This document shows, in pieces, positions 50,108 to 59,898 of a stretch of 64,000 nt of DNA. The stretch's first letter is position 1. Each line of letters begins with the position of its first letter. The notes under the pieces are model-generated. The model did not search any database. It saw only the letters and a list, made by a program, of their open reading frames with translations, and was not told the origin of the DNA. This stretch comes from Candidatus Sumerlaeaceae bacterium (GTDB taxonomy: Bacteria > Sumerlaeota > Sumerlaeia > Sumerlaeales > Sumerlaeaceae). The stretch spans positions 41,228-105,227 of the forward strand of contig JBPCLP010000017.1 in the NCBI GenBank assembly GCA_051003195.1. The letters run 5' to 3'. Both the position numbers and the translations under genes were made by a program.

Positions 50108-50413
50108 TTACGTAACTAATACCCAAAGCTCCAGCTGTTCCAGGCGGGTCTTCCAGCGCGCCTTGAACGCTCGCATCCAATCGCGGTTTTCGGGGACATT
50201 GGGAACGTCGACCACGATACGGACCAAGTTATCGCGATAGAGTACGCCGCCATGTCGCCAGTGCCCCTCCACCTTTTGAGTTTCGTAACTAGCGGCGCCG
50301 AAGCGGTCGACTACTTCAAAGACGGCCTCCGCGATCCACTCGCCGGGAATTTCCCTACCGTCATTCCGCTGAAGTGGTAGCAGAACCTCGAACCGCCGCC
50401 AGCTGCTGGTCAT
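50108..50413 (-). CDS. Hypothetical protein (possible 3' frameshift; alternative stop at 50094)
   Basis: RRFEVLLPL..NDG, EGHW, YRD.L..IVVDV; ISYVIDLE* follows in an adjacent frame. Confidence 0.7.
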   Translation of the reverse strand: MTSSWRRFEVLLPLQRNDGREIPGEWIAEAVFEVVDRFGAASYETQKVEGHWRHGGVLYRDNLVRIVVDVPNVPENRDWMRAFKARWKTRLEQLELWVLVT

Positions 50414-50585
50414 ATGTTGCCTTTCCCTTGGCGGTGAATGGAATGTTCTGGCCGGCTAGAGCTTCCAGGGCGGCTTCCGGAATGAGATGCTCGCCTGATG
50501 CCAATACGCGACCGGAAAATCGCCCAAGCAGGAAAGCCAGCGCTCGCTTTTCAGTTTCGCGGTCAGGGAAAGTGACGGTAATCAT
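50361..50585 (-). CDS. Small hypothetical protein overlapping the downstream gene
   Basis: Clean ORF with AAGGAAG SD; 53-nt overlap with 50108..50413. Confidence 0.65.
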   Translation of the reverse strand: MITVTFPDRETEKRALAFLLGRFSGRVLASGEHLIPEAALEALAGQNIPFTAKGKATYDQQLAAVRGSATTSAE

Positions 50586-50636
50586 AATTTCCATTACTTC
50601 CTTGGCCGCAATTGCTTCATATGCGTAGGCACTGGT

Positions 50637-51311
50637 TTAGCCTGCACCAAGCTCTTGCCATGTTGCGGATGGCGTGACTTCAGTTTTATCGATACTAAGC
50701 TGACTACTAATAATCTCCTGAAGCTCGGTCCACACAAGTTCTGGTATCCACCGCTGCTGCTCATTCCCAGAGGCTGGCGGAAGTCGCTCTTCGATGAAAT
50801 TGCGTAATGTGGGTGCTGGAACAGAAATGTATGCGCGGAACGGCATCAGCAGCAGCGGCCACAGAAGAAGCGAAAAAAATGAGAGGCCAATGACACTCTG
50901 CCAATCGATGCCATAGCGAAGTCGAAGGACCGCGGCCAGCGTGATCGTTGTTAGTACTGCCAGCACATTTACGATTGGCGAAAACCGCAAGTTATAGAGG
51001 GTTATGTCGGCAGATTGCCTGATCTGTTTCCAAACGCGTCGGCGTTGGAAAAACGGCACCAGCTGCCGCAGATCCGCATCAGGCCTGATTTGATTTCGTG
51101 GCACACCAGCGTGCTGGATCAGAGCTCTGCGGAGCCTGTAGAAAAGCGAGCTGCTCAGGCACATGTCGGGCTTACCGACTTTGTCCAGCTGCTTTACGAT
51201 GAATTCATGTAAGCCGCCCACAGTTGAGAAATCCCCCTCAGCATCATCTGGAATACTTATACTGAACCGCTCTTCCGCTGCCATAACGATTTCGACAACA
51301 TCCAGACCCAT
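50637..51311 (-). CDS. ACP-like membrane protein, apparently circularly permuted, lacking the Ppant serine
   Basis: N-term MGLDVVEIVM..EE.F.I.IPD..TVG; C-term ELQEIISSQL....EVTPSA...ELGA; two TMs between. Confidence 0.75.
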   Translation of the reverse strand: MGLDVVEIVMAAEERFSISIPDDAEGDFSTVGGLHEFIVKQLDKVGKPDMCLSSSLFYRLRRALIQHAGVPRNQIRPDADLRQLVPFFQRRRVWKQIRQSADITLYNLRFSPIVNVLAVLTTITLAAVLRLRYGIDWQSVIGLSFFSLLLWPLLLMPFRAYISVPAPTLRNFIEERLPPASGNEQQRWIPELVWTELQEIISSQLSIDKTEVTPSATWQELGAG

Positions 51312-51320
51312 TCCCGTGCC

Positions 51321-52808
51321 TCACGGAAGGCGTTGGCTTCTGACTCTTTGCAGGTCGTTTCTGTTGTTGTTCATCTGAGCCGAAAGCTCAGCATTTCGAC
51401 CATGCATCTGCTGCAATTGCTTGCGGACAGTTGCCGGTGCAGGCCCACCCGCGTGCTTTTTACGAGACGCAATCTGCGCGGGTGATCCTACGTTCAGCCG
51501 CAGCTTCTTTGCGCCAGCTTCTGCCGCCAGCTTCTTCATAATTCTAATGTCGATTGCACCCTGCCCTTCACTCAGCTTCACGGCCCGGCTGGTGATCTCG
51601 TAAGAGGTGCGGAAGGGGAGTCCGCTTTCCTGCGCGAGTGCGTCGGCCACGTCCACCGCGTTCACAAAATTCTCGCGCGCGGACTGCTCTGCCCGCTCCG
51701 CGTTCACCTTCAGCGTCTTAAATACACCGGCAAAAATTACCGGCGCGTCCTGCACTTCATCGAACAGGTCGAGGATCAGGTACTTCGTCCATTGCGTGTC
51801 GCGATTATATCCCGACAGCGCTCCGCGCGCGATGCCAAACAACGACGATGTCAGGTTCTGCACCAGCGTCGCCTTCGCACGCGTCACCTCTGCAAAATCC
51901 GGGTTTCGCTTTTGTGGCATGATGGAAGAGCCAGTCACGTAACGGTCGGCAATCTCGATGATCCCGAACTGTGGCGTGCTGAGCAGGATGAGGTCCTGTG
52001 CGATGATGCTCAGGTGCGTCATCGCGAACTCAACCGCGCATGCAGCATCCGCCTCCATCTCCCACCGGTTCGTGATGCAATCCAGCGTGTTCTCCTGCAC
52101 CGCTCGGAATCCCAGCAGCTTTGCCGTGTACGCGCGGTCGATTGGCCATGACGTGCCGAAACTCGCCGCCGCCCCCAGCGGGCAGACGTTCACGCGTTCG
52201 TAACTTGCCATCACCCGCTCGAGATCGCGCAACAGCGCCTGCGCATACGACGCGAACCAGTGTCCCATCGTCGTGACGCTCGCTGGCTGGTAGTGGGTGT
52301 AACCTGCAACGGACACATCTACCAACTTCTCCGCTGCACGCAAAATCTGCTCAATCAACTCCGCCAGCGCCACGCCAAAGTGCAGCAGCCGGTCACGCAC
52401 AAACATCCGAACCACTGTCGTCGTCTGGTCGTTGCGGCTGCGCCCCGTGTGCATCGTGCCCGAGAAATCAGCCCCAACGAACTCCGCCACAAAGTGTTCG
52501 ATGTTCGTGTGGATGTCTTCCTTGTCCGGGTTCAGCCGAAACTTGCCGGACTTCATCCGTCGTTCCAGCTCGTTCAGGCCGCGCGAGATATTCTTCGCCA
52601 CCGCCGGCGTGATGATCTTCTGCTTTGCCAGCATAGCCACGTGGGCACGGTTCTGCCACAGGTCAAACGGCGCCAGCACCGCGTCGGCCATAGGCCGCTC
52701 GGAAACATCACGCCCCGCACAATAAGCAATATTGCGCATCTCAGGCGATTCCTTCAGCCGCTCACCCCAGAACTGCTGTTTGGATTGTTTGACTGGTTTC
52801 TTAGCCAT
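51321..52808 (-). CDS. argH: Argininosuccinate lyase
   Basis: EDIH, HTGRSRNDQ, GYTHYQPA, TGSSIMPQKRNPD. Confidence 0.95.
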   Translation of the reverse strand: MAKKPVKQSKQQFWGERLKESPEMRNIAYCAGRDVSERPMADAVLAPFDLWQNRAHVAMLAKQKIITPAVAKNISRGLNELERRMKSGKFRLNPDKEDIHTNIEHFVAEFVGADFSGTMHTGRSRNDQTTTVVRMFVRDRLLHFGVALAELIEQILRAAEKLVDVSVAGYTHYQPASVTTMGHWFASYAQALLRDLERVMASYERVNVCPLGAAASFGTSWPIDRAYTAKLLGFRAVQENTLDCITNRWEMEADAACAVEFAMTHLSIIAQDLILLSTPQFGIIEIADRYVTGSSIMPQKRNPDFAEVTRAKATLVQNLTSSLFGIARGALSGYNRDTQWTKYLILDLFDEVQDAPVIFAGVFKTLKVNAERAEQSARENFVNAVDVADALAQESGLPFRTSYEITSRAVKLSEGQGAIDIRIMKKLAAEAGAKKLRLNVGSPAQIASRKKHAGGPAPATVRKQLQQMHGRNAELSAQMNNNRNDLQRVRSQRLP

Positions 52809-52892
52809 GGGCGGCTCTTGCTTCGTACGAGCAGTTCATCGCCGCAAGGGACATATAGGACCTGCTCACGCCATCGTTCCTGCCGGCGGCGA

Positions 52893-53864
52893 TCAACCTG
52901 CGGAACTCCGAAAGTACTCCGCCACCTGCTCCACGATCTGCTCAATCGTGTACTTCGGTTGATATCTGATCAGCGCCTTCAACTTACCTAAATCGGGCAC
53001 CCGTCGTGCTAAATCCTCGAAGTTCGAATCGTATGCCTGCTCAAAGGGAATCAGCTGCAGTTCACTTCCGCTGCCTGTTTTCTCAATAATCAGCTTCGCC
53101 AGATCACGCATCGTGATTTCCCGATCATTACCGACATTATACACCTGGCCCTCTGCCTCGGGTGCATCCATCAGCGCGATCAGCGCTCCCACCACATCGC
53201 TCACATGAGCAAACGCGCGCGACTGCGAGCCATCGCCATACACCGTGATCGGCTCATTGCGCAATGCCTGCTGCACAAACCGGGGGATTACCATGCCGTA
53301 CTGCCCGGTCTGCCGCGGCCCCACCGTATTGAACAGCCGCACAATCACCACCGGCGTTTTCTGCTCGTTGTGATAAGCCAGCGCCAGGAACTCATCAATC
53401 GCCTTGCTGCACGCGTACGCCCAGCGCGGGCGTGTGGTCGAACCAAATACAAGGTCATCGCCCTCGCTGAAAGGGACTTTCGTGCTCTTCCCGTAAATCT
53501 CGCTTGTCGAAGTAATCAGCACCTTCTTCGCCTTCCGGGCCACCAGGTTCATCACAATCTCGGTTCCGCGGATGTTGGTCTCAATGGTGCGAACTGGTTT
53601 CTCCACGATCAGCCTCACGCCCACCGCCGCCGCAAGGTGCCACACCCGATCCGCTCGGTCGACAAGCTCCGCCATGAGTGGAACATCCATGATCGTGCCG
53701 ATGTGGTATTTGAATCCCGGATGCGCTTTGCATCCATCGAGGTTTCGGATTGCGCCGGTCGACAAGTCGTCTACCACGGTCACTTCCTCGCCTCGTGCGA
53801 GCAGCGCTTCAGACAGGTGCGAGCCGATAAATCCCGCACCGCCCGTGATCAGGTGATGCGTCAC
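52893..53864 (-). CDS. NAD-dependent nucleotide-sugar epimerase/dehydratase
   Basis: TGGAGFIGSH, STSEIYG, YACSK, RLFNTVGPRQ. Confidence 0.92.
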   Translation of the reverse strand: MTHHLITGGAGFIGSHLSEALLARGEEVTVVDDLSTGAIRNLDGCKAHPGFKYHIGTIMDVPLMAELVDRADRVWHLAAAVGVRLIVEKPVRTIETNIRGTEIVMNLVARKAKKVLITSTSEIYGKSTKVPFSEGDDLVFGSTTRPRWAYACSKAIDEFLALAYHNEQKTPVVIVRLFNTVGPRQTGQYGMVIPRFVQQALRNEPITVYGDGSQSRAFAHVSDVVGALIALMDAPEAEGQVYNVGNDREITMRDLAKLIIEKTGSGSELQLIPFEQAYDSNFEDLARRVPDLGKLKALIRYQPKYTIEQIVEQVAEYFRSSAG

Positions 53865-54178
53865 AGCCGCGGCGTCGTTCCGCTGACGGTACCCTGCGCC
53901 GCATCAACCGCGCGTCGCGTGTTCGCCTCGATATCGAGAACGACGTGGATAATTTCCGACGCGGCGATCAACAGCAACGCATAGCCAAATCCGGTAATCA
54001 ACTGAAGCGCCGCGGCAAGGATGACTTCGGTAAGGTCCGTGGCAACGCGGCCCTGGAACAAAGTACGACCCGCTGAAAACAGCGCACCCAGGATGCCAAC
54101 ATACCCGAGCAGCTTCAACAAAAATGAAATCAGCGGCAGTGCCGCGTAGCGCGATGTGATTCGATTCGTTCTGGCCAT
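53861..54178 (-). CDS. Small two-TM hypothetical protein
   Basis: RYAAL..IS, A.SEII.V.LDIE.NTR pattern; overlaps the epimerase start. Confidence 0.7.
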   Translation of the reverse strand: MARTNRITSRYAALPLISFLLKLLGYVGILGALFSAGRTLFQGRVATDLTEVILAAALQLITGFGYALLLIAASEIIHVVLDIEANTRRAVDAAQGTVSGTTPRL

Positions 54179-54323
54179 GGTTTTAGTCTGGGCGTTTAGT
54201 GTGTGTGCCGAACTCGGCAATGGCTACGGAAAAATGCAGCCGCTGAAACTACGCGAAATGCGTTTCAGGCAGCTTCAGTTTCTAATATCATTTTCAGATT
54301 CCGCCTGTTTATCCTTTCAGCCT

Positions 54324-56837
54324 ATGAGCGAATGGCTGGAGCAGGGACAACTGAAGCGGAACAGAATTTGGTACCCGCTGCTGCAGGCCATCCTGGTTTT
54401 CTGGGCACTTGGCCTCGTTGTATATTTTGAGCACAAAGAGGGGCTTTTCAACTGGCAATGGCTTGAAGCGCCCGCTTCGAAAGGCTTTTTCCGGGATCTT
54501 GGCATGCCAGATCCCCGCTTTGCTCCCTCCGAACGGGCTGGCGGATTTGTTGCCATCCTGAAGAACGCGACTGGTCCGTACTCCTTCAACTTCTCAAACA
54601 TTCCCGTTCTCGATCTTGCCGTGTCGATCATCATGATCCTCATGTATCTGGCGCTCGGCTGGCTGATAATCGATTGTTTCGAAGTCTACTTTCCGCTGTT
54701 CGCAAAAGGATGTCTGGCACTCACAGTCGGCTGCGGGATATTCGGCATCATCGGTGAATTAGTCGGTATGCTGCACCTCCTCGGACGCCCCATACTGGTG
54801 ATCGCCTGGATCGCTATGTTCTCGCTCGTGATTTTCGTGCGCAGCCGATTACGACTGGAGTGGCACATGCCGCAACAGATGCTGGATGGCTCCCGCCTTT
54901 CGAGGGCTGCACGTGTGAACCTTGCGCGCGACTGGTTTCGGGTCGTTCATCCGCTGCCGTTTACACCGCTCGGCCAGGCACACTTTTTCGTCGCTTCTGC
55001 CCTCATTGCTCTGATATCGGTCGTTCTTCTGCTTCACGCCATAGGCGAACCTGAAACTTACTGGGATTCCCTGATTCTCTACATGGGCTATGCGCGCATG
55101 ATGTTCCTGGAAGGCGGATTCCCCTACAAGGTTGTCGGCCAGGTAGGCATAGGACTCGGCGCCAATTATCCGCATCTATATCCCGTGCTTACTGCACAAT
55201 CGGCCGCGTTGGCTGGCTACTGGAGCGACACTTTTGCGCAGCTCCTTCCGCCCGTCGCCGGCATCGCCAGCACTCTGCTTGTTTTCTACACCGCCCTCGA
55301 GCTGACGCGTGACAGGCTCATTGCCGTCTCTTCAGCGCTATTGTTCCGTGCCGTGCCCTACGGTCTCAGCTACACTCAATTTGCATCGGATTACGCCATC
55401 GCAATCCTCTTCACGTCTGCCTTTCTATACCTCTCGCTGAAGTACGTGCTGGACAGCCATGTCGGTTACCGGTGGCTGATGTGGGGCATTGCAGCCGCTG
55501 CGGTCCACATCAATTACCTGATGTGGATCCTCTGGCCCGTTGCGCTGGTCGTCATCGTTGTCGCGCACATTGCGCGTCGACCCGTAGTTGAAAGCGACTT
55601 CGAAGCAAATCCTGACATATACGATGTGCTCGACACACAACGGGCGCTTGAACTGAAGGCTCCTCGTTTTCTTTCCCTGCGGTACCGGTTCAGCATCGCA
55701 GAGCTCCTCCGACGCCGCGAGTTCTACGTCAGCTTTCTGCTCGCACTTGCTCTGGCCCTGCCATGGTACGTCCGTAACATCGTGCTGACGGGCAATCCGG
55801 TCTACGCGTTTTTTTACAACATCTTTCGCACCAGCAAACGTGTAAACGCTGAGGTCATGAAATCCGCCGAAGTCGAATGGCTGCTTAACGGTGACGGCCT
55901 TGGGCGGGTAGGCACCACACTCACCGAAAAGCTCGCGAATTCCTGGCCGTACTTTGTCACCAGCTCGCTCCACTGGAAGCTGGCACCCGTGTTCATCGCT
56001 TTTGTAGTCCCCGGTTTTTTGCTATCGGTGTCCTGGATCGTGCTTCGTGCGTATGCCAGGAGCCGCAACCGCCTGCACGAGGAAGATAATTACGGCGTTG
56101 GCGTGCAGCTCCGTTTTGCAGTTCCGTGTGCGTTTCTCTTCCTCATGCTATGGTTTTACGCGTACTGCATTGCAGACTTTTATCTCTATCAGATCATCAT
56201 CGTGCTTCCGCTGTTCGGCGTCTTTTCCTGCTATCTGTTCCAGGCGTGCCAGTCCAAGGCTGCGCGTGGTGCATTGCATTTACTCGTGCTCCTCGTGGGC
56301 TTTGCGCCCGGGTTGATCATGGGCGTCATGGGCTTCAAGCTCAAGAATACCGGCGTGTACAAAGGGATGGGCCAACCCCAGATGAACGTGACGGCGCTGC
56401 GAATGCTGTTCATGGACCGCGACATGTATTACCGGATGGAATTCGACGGCGACATGGAGATGTTCGGCAGGTTAAGTGAACTCCCGGAAGGGCGCGTTAT
56501 CCTCACGCACGAAAACCGCCACCTGCTGCTCGACCCTACACTCAAGATCGTCCACCTGGACGACTGGGAGGTGCAGGAGGCTTACAGGAAACCCGCAGCC
56601 GATCGTTTGGCAATTCTCGATGCGCTGAGTATCCACTACTATTTATATGTTCCCAACGAGGACAAGCACCAGGTGAATTCGCTGCTCGGCATGGACGAAC
56701 TCATCGAGAAGGGCCATTTCATCAAGGAGTATGAAACCAGCTCGTCCGGTTCGAGTAGTCCTGACCTTGTTAAGCACACCGTCATACCCGCGAACCGAAA
56801 TGTGCTGTACAGGCGCGCGACACTGGCCGCTAAATGA
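54324..56837 (+). CDS. Large polytopic membrane protein, GT-C (family 39/ArnT-like)
   Basis: More than 12 TMs; WDSLI.Y, NYPHLY, PWYVRN...TGNPVY; start uncertain. Confidence 0.7.
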   Translation: MSEWLEQGQLKRNRIWYPLLQAILVFWALGLVVYFEHKEGLFNWQWLEAPASKGFFRDLGMPDPRFAPSERAGGFVAILKNATGPYSFNFSNIPVLDLAVSIIMILMYLALGWLIIDCFEVYFPLFAKGCLALTVGCGIFGIIGELVGMLHLLGRPILVIAWIAMFSLVIFVRSRLRLEWHMPQQMLDGSRLSRAARVNLARDWFRVVHPLPFTPLGQAHFFVASALIALISVVLLLHAIGEPETYWDSLILYMGYARMMFLEGGFPYKVVGQVGIGLGANYPHLYPVLTAQSAALAGYWSDTFAQLLPPVAGIASTLLVFYTALELTRDRLIAVSSALLFRAVPYGLSYTQFASDYAIAILFTSAFLYLSLKYVLDSHVGYRWLMWGIAAAAVHINYLMWILWPVALVVIVVAHIARRPVVESDFEANPDIYDVLDTQRALELKAPRFLSLRYRFSIAELLRRREFYVSFLLALALALPWYVRNIVLTGNPVYAFFYNIFRTSKRVNAEVMKSAEVEWLLNGDGLGRVGTTLTEKLANSWPYFVTSSLHWKLAPVFIAFVVPGFLLSVSWIVLRAYARSRNRLHEEDNYGVGVQLRFAVPCAFLFLMLWFYAYCIADFYLYQIIIVLPLFGVFSCYLFQACQSKAARGALHLLVLLVGFAPGLIMGVMGFKLKNTGVYKGMGQPQMNVTALRMLFMDRDMYYRMEFDGDMEMFGRLSELPEGRVILTHENRHLLLDPTLKIVHLDDWEVQEAYRKPAADRLAILDALSIHYYLYVPNEDKHQVNSLLGMDELIEKGHFIKEYETSSSGSSSPDLVKHTVIPANRNVLYRRATLAAK

Positions 56838-56864
56838 AAACGGGCGGAGCTGTCGCCCCGCCCG
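56837..56864 (-). terminator. Intrinsic terminator for the BI-1/YccA gene
   Basis: Minus strand CGGGCGGGGC-GACA-GCTCCGCCCG-TTTT. Confidence 0.7.
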
Positions 56865-56889
56865 CCTTGCTGCAATGTACCGTTTCTTT

Positions 56890-57615
56890 TTAGCGACGAG
56901 CGCTCAGCAGCAGGCTGAGGATGCGGATGAACATGTTGAAGAAATCCAGGAACAGGCGCAGAGCCCCTGCTACCCATTCATCCGGCCCAAGCTGCCGCAT
57001 AATAACAGACGTGTCGTAGAGCACAAAGCCCGCAAACAGGAGCAGGCCAACGCAGGTCAACGCCAGGTGAAATGCAGATGACTGAATGAAGAACCCGGCC
57101 AAAATACCGACGAACACCACAATAAGCCCGGTCACCAGGAACCCACGCATAAACGTGAAGTCCTTTCCGCTCACGAGCACATAGCCCGTCAAGGCGCCGA
57201 AGGTAACGATCGTAAGGCCCAGTGCCTGCCAGATGATCACCATGCTTTTCGTCTGTATAACAGCCACCAGGAACATTGGGGCGATTAGAATGCCCGTGAA
57301 TGCGCACAGCACGCCGTACAGCAGCACATTCACCTTCGGAACACGCGCGGCCGATTGAACGGCAAATGTCAGCGCGATAAACGCGCCCATCAACACCAGG
57401 AAACCAATCGGATTCGCCACAGCCATGAACAGCCGCTGCAATGCTGGTGAAGTCATAGCCGCGATCATGAGCCCAAGGCCCGATGCCATCATTACCGCCA
57501 CGCCGCCCGTCACCGTCAGGTATACCTTGTTCAAAAACGCACTGCGGGCCGCCGGACTTGCGTGCTCGACAGTAGTCATGCCGCCGTATTCCGAGTAGCT
57601 CGGTTCGTATGCCAT
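56890..57615 (-). CDS. Bax inhibitor-1/YccA family membrane protein
   Basis: FLNKVY, KDFTFM, LFAGFVLYDT, ALRLFLDFFNMF. Confidence 0.92.
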   Translation of the reverse strand: MAYEPSYSEYGGMTTVEHASPAARSAFLNKVYLTVTGGVAVMMASGLGLMIAAMTSPALQRLFMAVANPIGFLVLMGAFIALTFAVQSAARVPKVNVLLYGVLCAFTGILIAPMFLVAVIQTKSMVIIWQALGLTIVTFGALTGYVLVSGKDFTFMRGFLVTGLIVVFVGILAGFFIQSSAFHLALTCVGLLLFAGFVLYDTSVIMRQLGPDEWVAGALRLFLDFFNMFIRILSLLLSARR

Positions 57616-57737
57616 TTTGTGATCTCTCCGTTTTCAGGTTACTTTGAGTTACTTCATACACTGGATGCCAAAAAATAATGCCTTATGGCAATACCAATTC
57701 AACGCATGTTTCCTTTAGCAATCCTAAACGAACTTTG

Positions 57738-58478
57738 CTAGCTCCGCCCCAGCAGCCTTTTGGCTGCTTTCCGCCACGCGGGGTGAACCAGGCCGCTGTA
57801 AAGCCAGCGCTTCAGCCCCCAGCTCCCCGATCCCCAGAAGGTGTCCGCCCGCGTCGGTCTTCCCTGCACAAAATTCCGCGCCATTTCGTCCGTCGTGACC
57901 TGCTCGTATGGCGATCCGTCGCTCATCCGCCATCGAATCTCACCGTTCCAGAAGAACTGGGTGGTGAAAAGGCCCGGCCGCTTTTCCATCCACCGTTCCA
58001 GGAAAGCGTCCTCCCTCCGTAGATGATCCAGCAGGTGCGCAAAACGATGCTCCGCCAGCTCAGCCCGCTTCAGCGTGAGCTCCAGCTCGCCACCGTTCGC
58101 GTTCACGTACCACTTATGAATCGTGGTATATGGCGGCACGGCAAACAGCCAGTCATGAAGTTCGGTCGGCGTCTCGATGTATCCCGCCCGCGCGACCCGC
58201 TCCATTTCACGCAGCATCGCCGGCGGGTCCTCCACATGCTCAAGCACATGCATGCAGATGCAGTAGTCGAAAGCCTTGTCGCGAAACGGCAAAGCCTGGC
58301 CATCCGCCAACACAAGTGCGCGCCCGTCGCGCACAAGCCGCCGGCCTTCACGCTGGCTGTCATCCGCAAGAAACCGGTCCAGCAATACGGTGCTGCGCGC
58401 GTGCGGGCGTCCCCCCGACCCAATCTCCAGCACACGCGAGCCACGCGGAATCGGCAACTGGCGCGGAGTCATTCGCAC
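57738..58478 (-). CDS. Class I SAM-dependent methyltransferase
   Basis: VLEIGSG, LPFRDKAFD, HVLEHVEDP. Confidence 0.85.
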   Translation of the reverse strand: MRMTPRQLPIPRGSRVLEIGSGGRPHARSTVLLDRFLADDSQREGRRLVRDGRALVLADGQALPFRDKAFDYCICMHVLEHVEDPPAMLREMERVARAGYIETPTELHDWLFAVPPYTTIHKWYVNANGGELELTLKRAELAEHRFAHLLDHLRREDAFLERWMEKRPGLFTTQFFWNGEIRWRMSDGSPYEQVTTDEMARNFVQGRPTRADTFWGSGSWGLKRWLYSGLVHPAWRKAAKRLLGRS

Positions 58479-58533
58479 AGCTACGCAGCCTCCGCGGTTT
58501 GCACGTCTCTCGCGCGGCTGGTGCTGAACACGC

Positions 58534-59424
58534 TCACGTTCTGCGCCTCACAGCGAAAGCGCCCCACTCCTCACGCGACAACTCCTCGACGACCGCGAGT
58601 TCAAGCTCCTCAATTCGCGCGCGTACCTCTGCTGCTTCGGCCAGCAGAAAACCCGACAGAAGCAACGCGCCGGTCGCACCGAGTCGTGGCGGAAGCAGGT
58701 GCAGCAGAGGCATGAACTCATTGAAAAGCATGTTGCAAAAAATCAGGTCGTATGGACCTTCCGGTGCAGACTCCAGGGGTCCCACCACCAGCTCAATCTG
58801 TCCGTCGGCGATGCCGTTAATTTGCAGGTTCTGCGCGAAATTCTCCCGCACCTCCTCATCGAGGTCCGTTCCCGTGACACGCTCCGCCCCCAGTTTAATC
58901 GCGGTGATCGCCAGGATCCCACTGCCTGTACCAATATCCAGCACACTGCAGCCATTGCTCACGTACTTCTCGGCCAGCACCATACAAAGTTGAGTCGTCG
59001 CATGCGTGCCGGTGCCGAATGCCATGCCCGGTTCAATCAGTACTTCCATCCGCTGTTTTGCACCGGGCTCCCCCGGCTGCCCCGCTTCCCAGGGAGGTCG
59101 CACCACAAGCCGCTCCCCAAGTTCCACCGAGTGGAAATACTGCCGCCAGTTGTCGTGCCAGTTTTCACGCTGCACCTGGTCCGGCCCGCTGACTATCGCC
59201 CCATCGATTTCAACATTCCTCAGCGTCTCTCTCAGCAGCTCCGCCAGGTTATCCGGCGCGCTATCCTGTTCGAAGTAGATCCGCCACTCGATACTGTCGC
59301 CCGCGTCCGCCTGCTCCAGCCCGCAATGCGAGAAGTTCACCAGCGCCGTAGCGACAGCTTCATTCACAATTTCCGCCGAAACATTCGGCGCCTGCACGCG
59401 GTACAATATCCAGCTCTGATGCAT
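58534..59424 (-). CDS. prmA: Ribosomal protein L11 methyltransferase
   Basis: ENW...W, EPGMAFGTGTHATT, VLDIGTGSGILAI, LLSG. Confidence 0.93.
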   Translation of the reverse strand: MHQSWILYRVQAPNVSAEIVNEAVATALVNFSHCGLEQADAGDSIEWRIYFEQDSAPDNLAELLRETLRNVEIDGAIVSGPDQVQRENWHDNWRQYFHSVELGERLVVRPPWEAGQPGEPGAKQRMEVLIEPGMAFGTGTHATTQLCMVLAEKYVSNGCSVLDIGTGSGILAITAIKLGAERVTGTDLDEEVRENFAQNLQINGIADGQIELVVGPLESAPEGPYDLIFCNMLFNEFMPLLHLLPPRLGATGALLLSGFLLAEAAEVRARIEELELAVVEELSREEWGAFAVRRRT

Positions 59425-59520
59425 ATCGTCTGAAGGTTGGCACGCGACACCCCGCCCTTATCAAGTCCATAAACCGCGGATTGGGCTGGACGTTTCCACA
59501 AAGACTACTACGTTCCTGCT

Positions 59521-59669
59521 GCAGATATACTATTGCTCGCAGCTTTTCAAAGCGCGCAACGCGGCCTTCCTCCACCTCGTCCACACTCGAGCCAATGAAA
59601 TGTCACCCGCGCTTCAGTCGCAGATAAACTCTTGTCCGCAGTTTTTCAAAGCGCGTAGCGCGACCCTCC
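59521..59669 (+). repeat. Degenerate 50-bp direct repeat, period 99 nt
   Basis: 59521-59570 vs 59620-59669, 41/50 identical by manual alignment. Confidence 0.7.
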
Positions 59670-59898
59670 GCTTTCTAGCCCACAAGGTACTTGTGGGAAA
59701 CGTACGCGTTCTACAATCACATGGAGCTGCGCCAGCAGCGGCGCTACACGCACTTCCACGGCAAAGATTTCGAAAACCTCAAAAAGACCAACCCCGAAGA
59801 AGCCGCCAACGTCCTTCACGCCGCCGCCCAACTCGCCGTCTACCTGCTGGTGACACGGTAAATTGCACTATCCGCGTTTATGAAGCAGTACCAATTTC

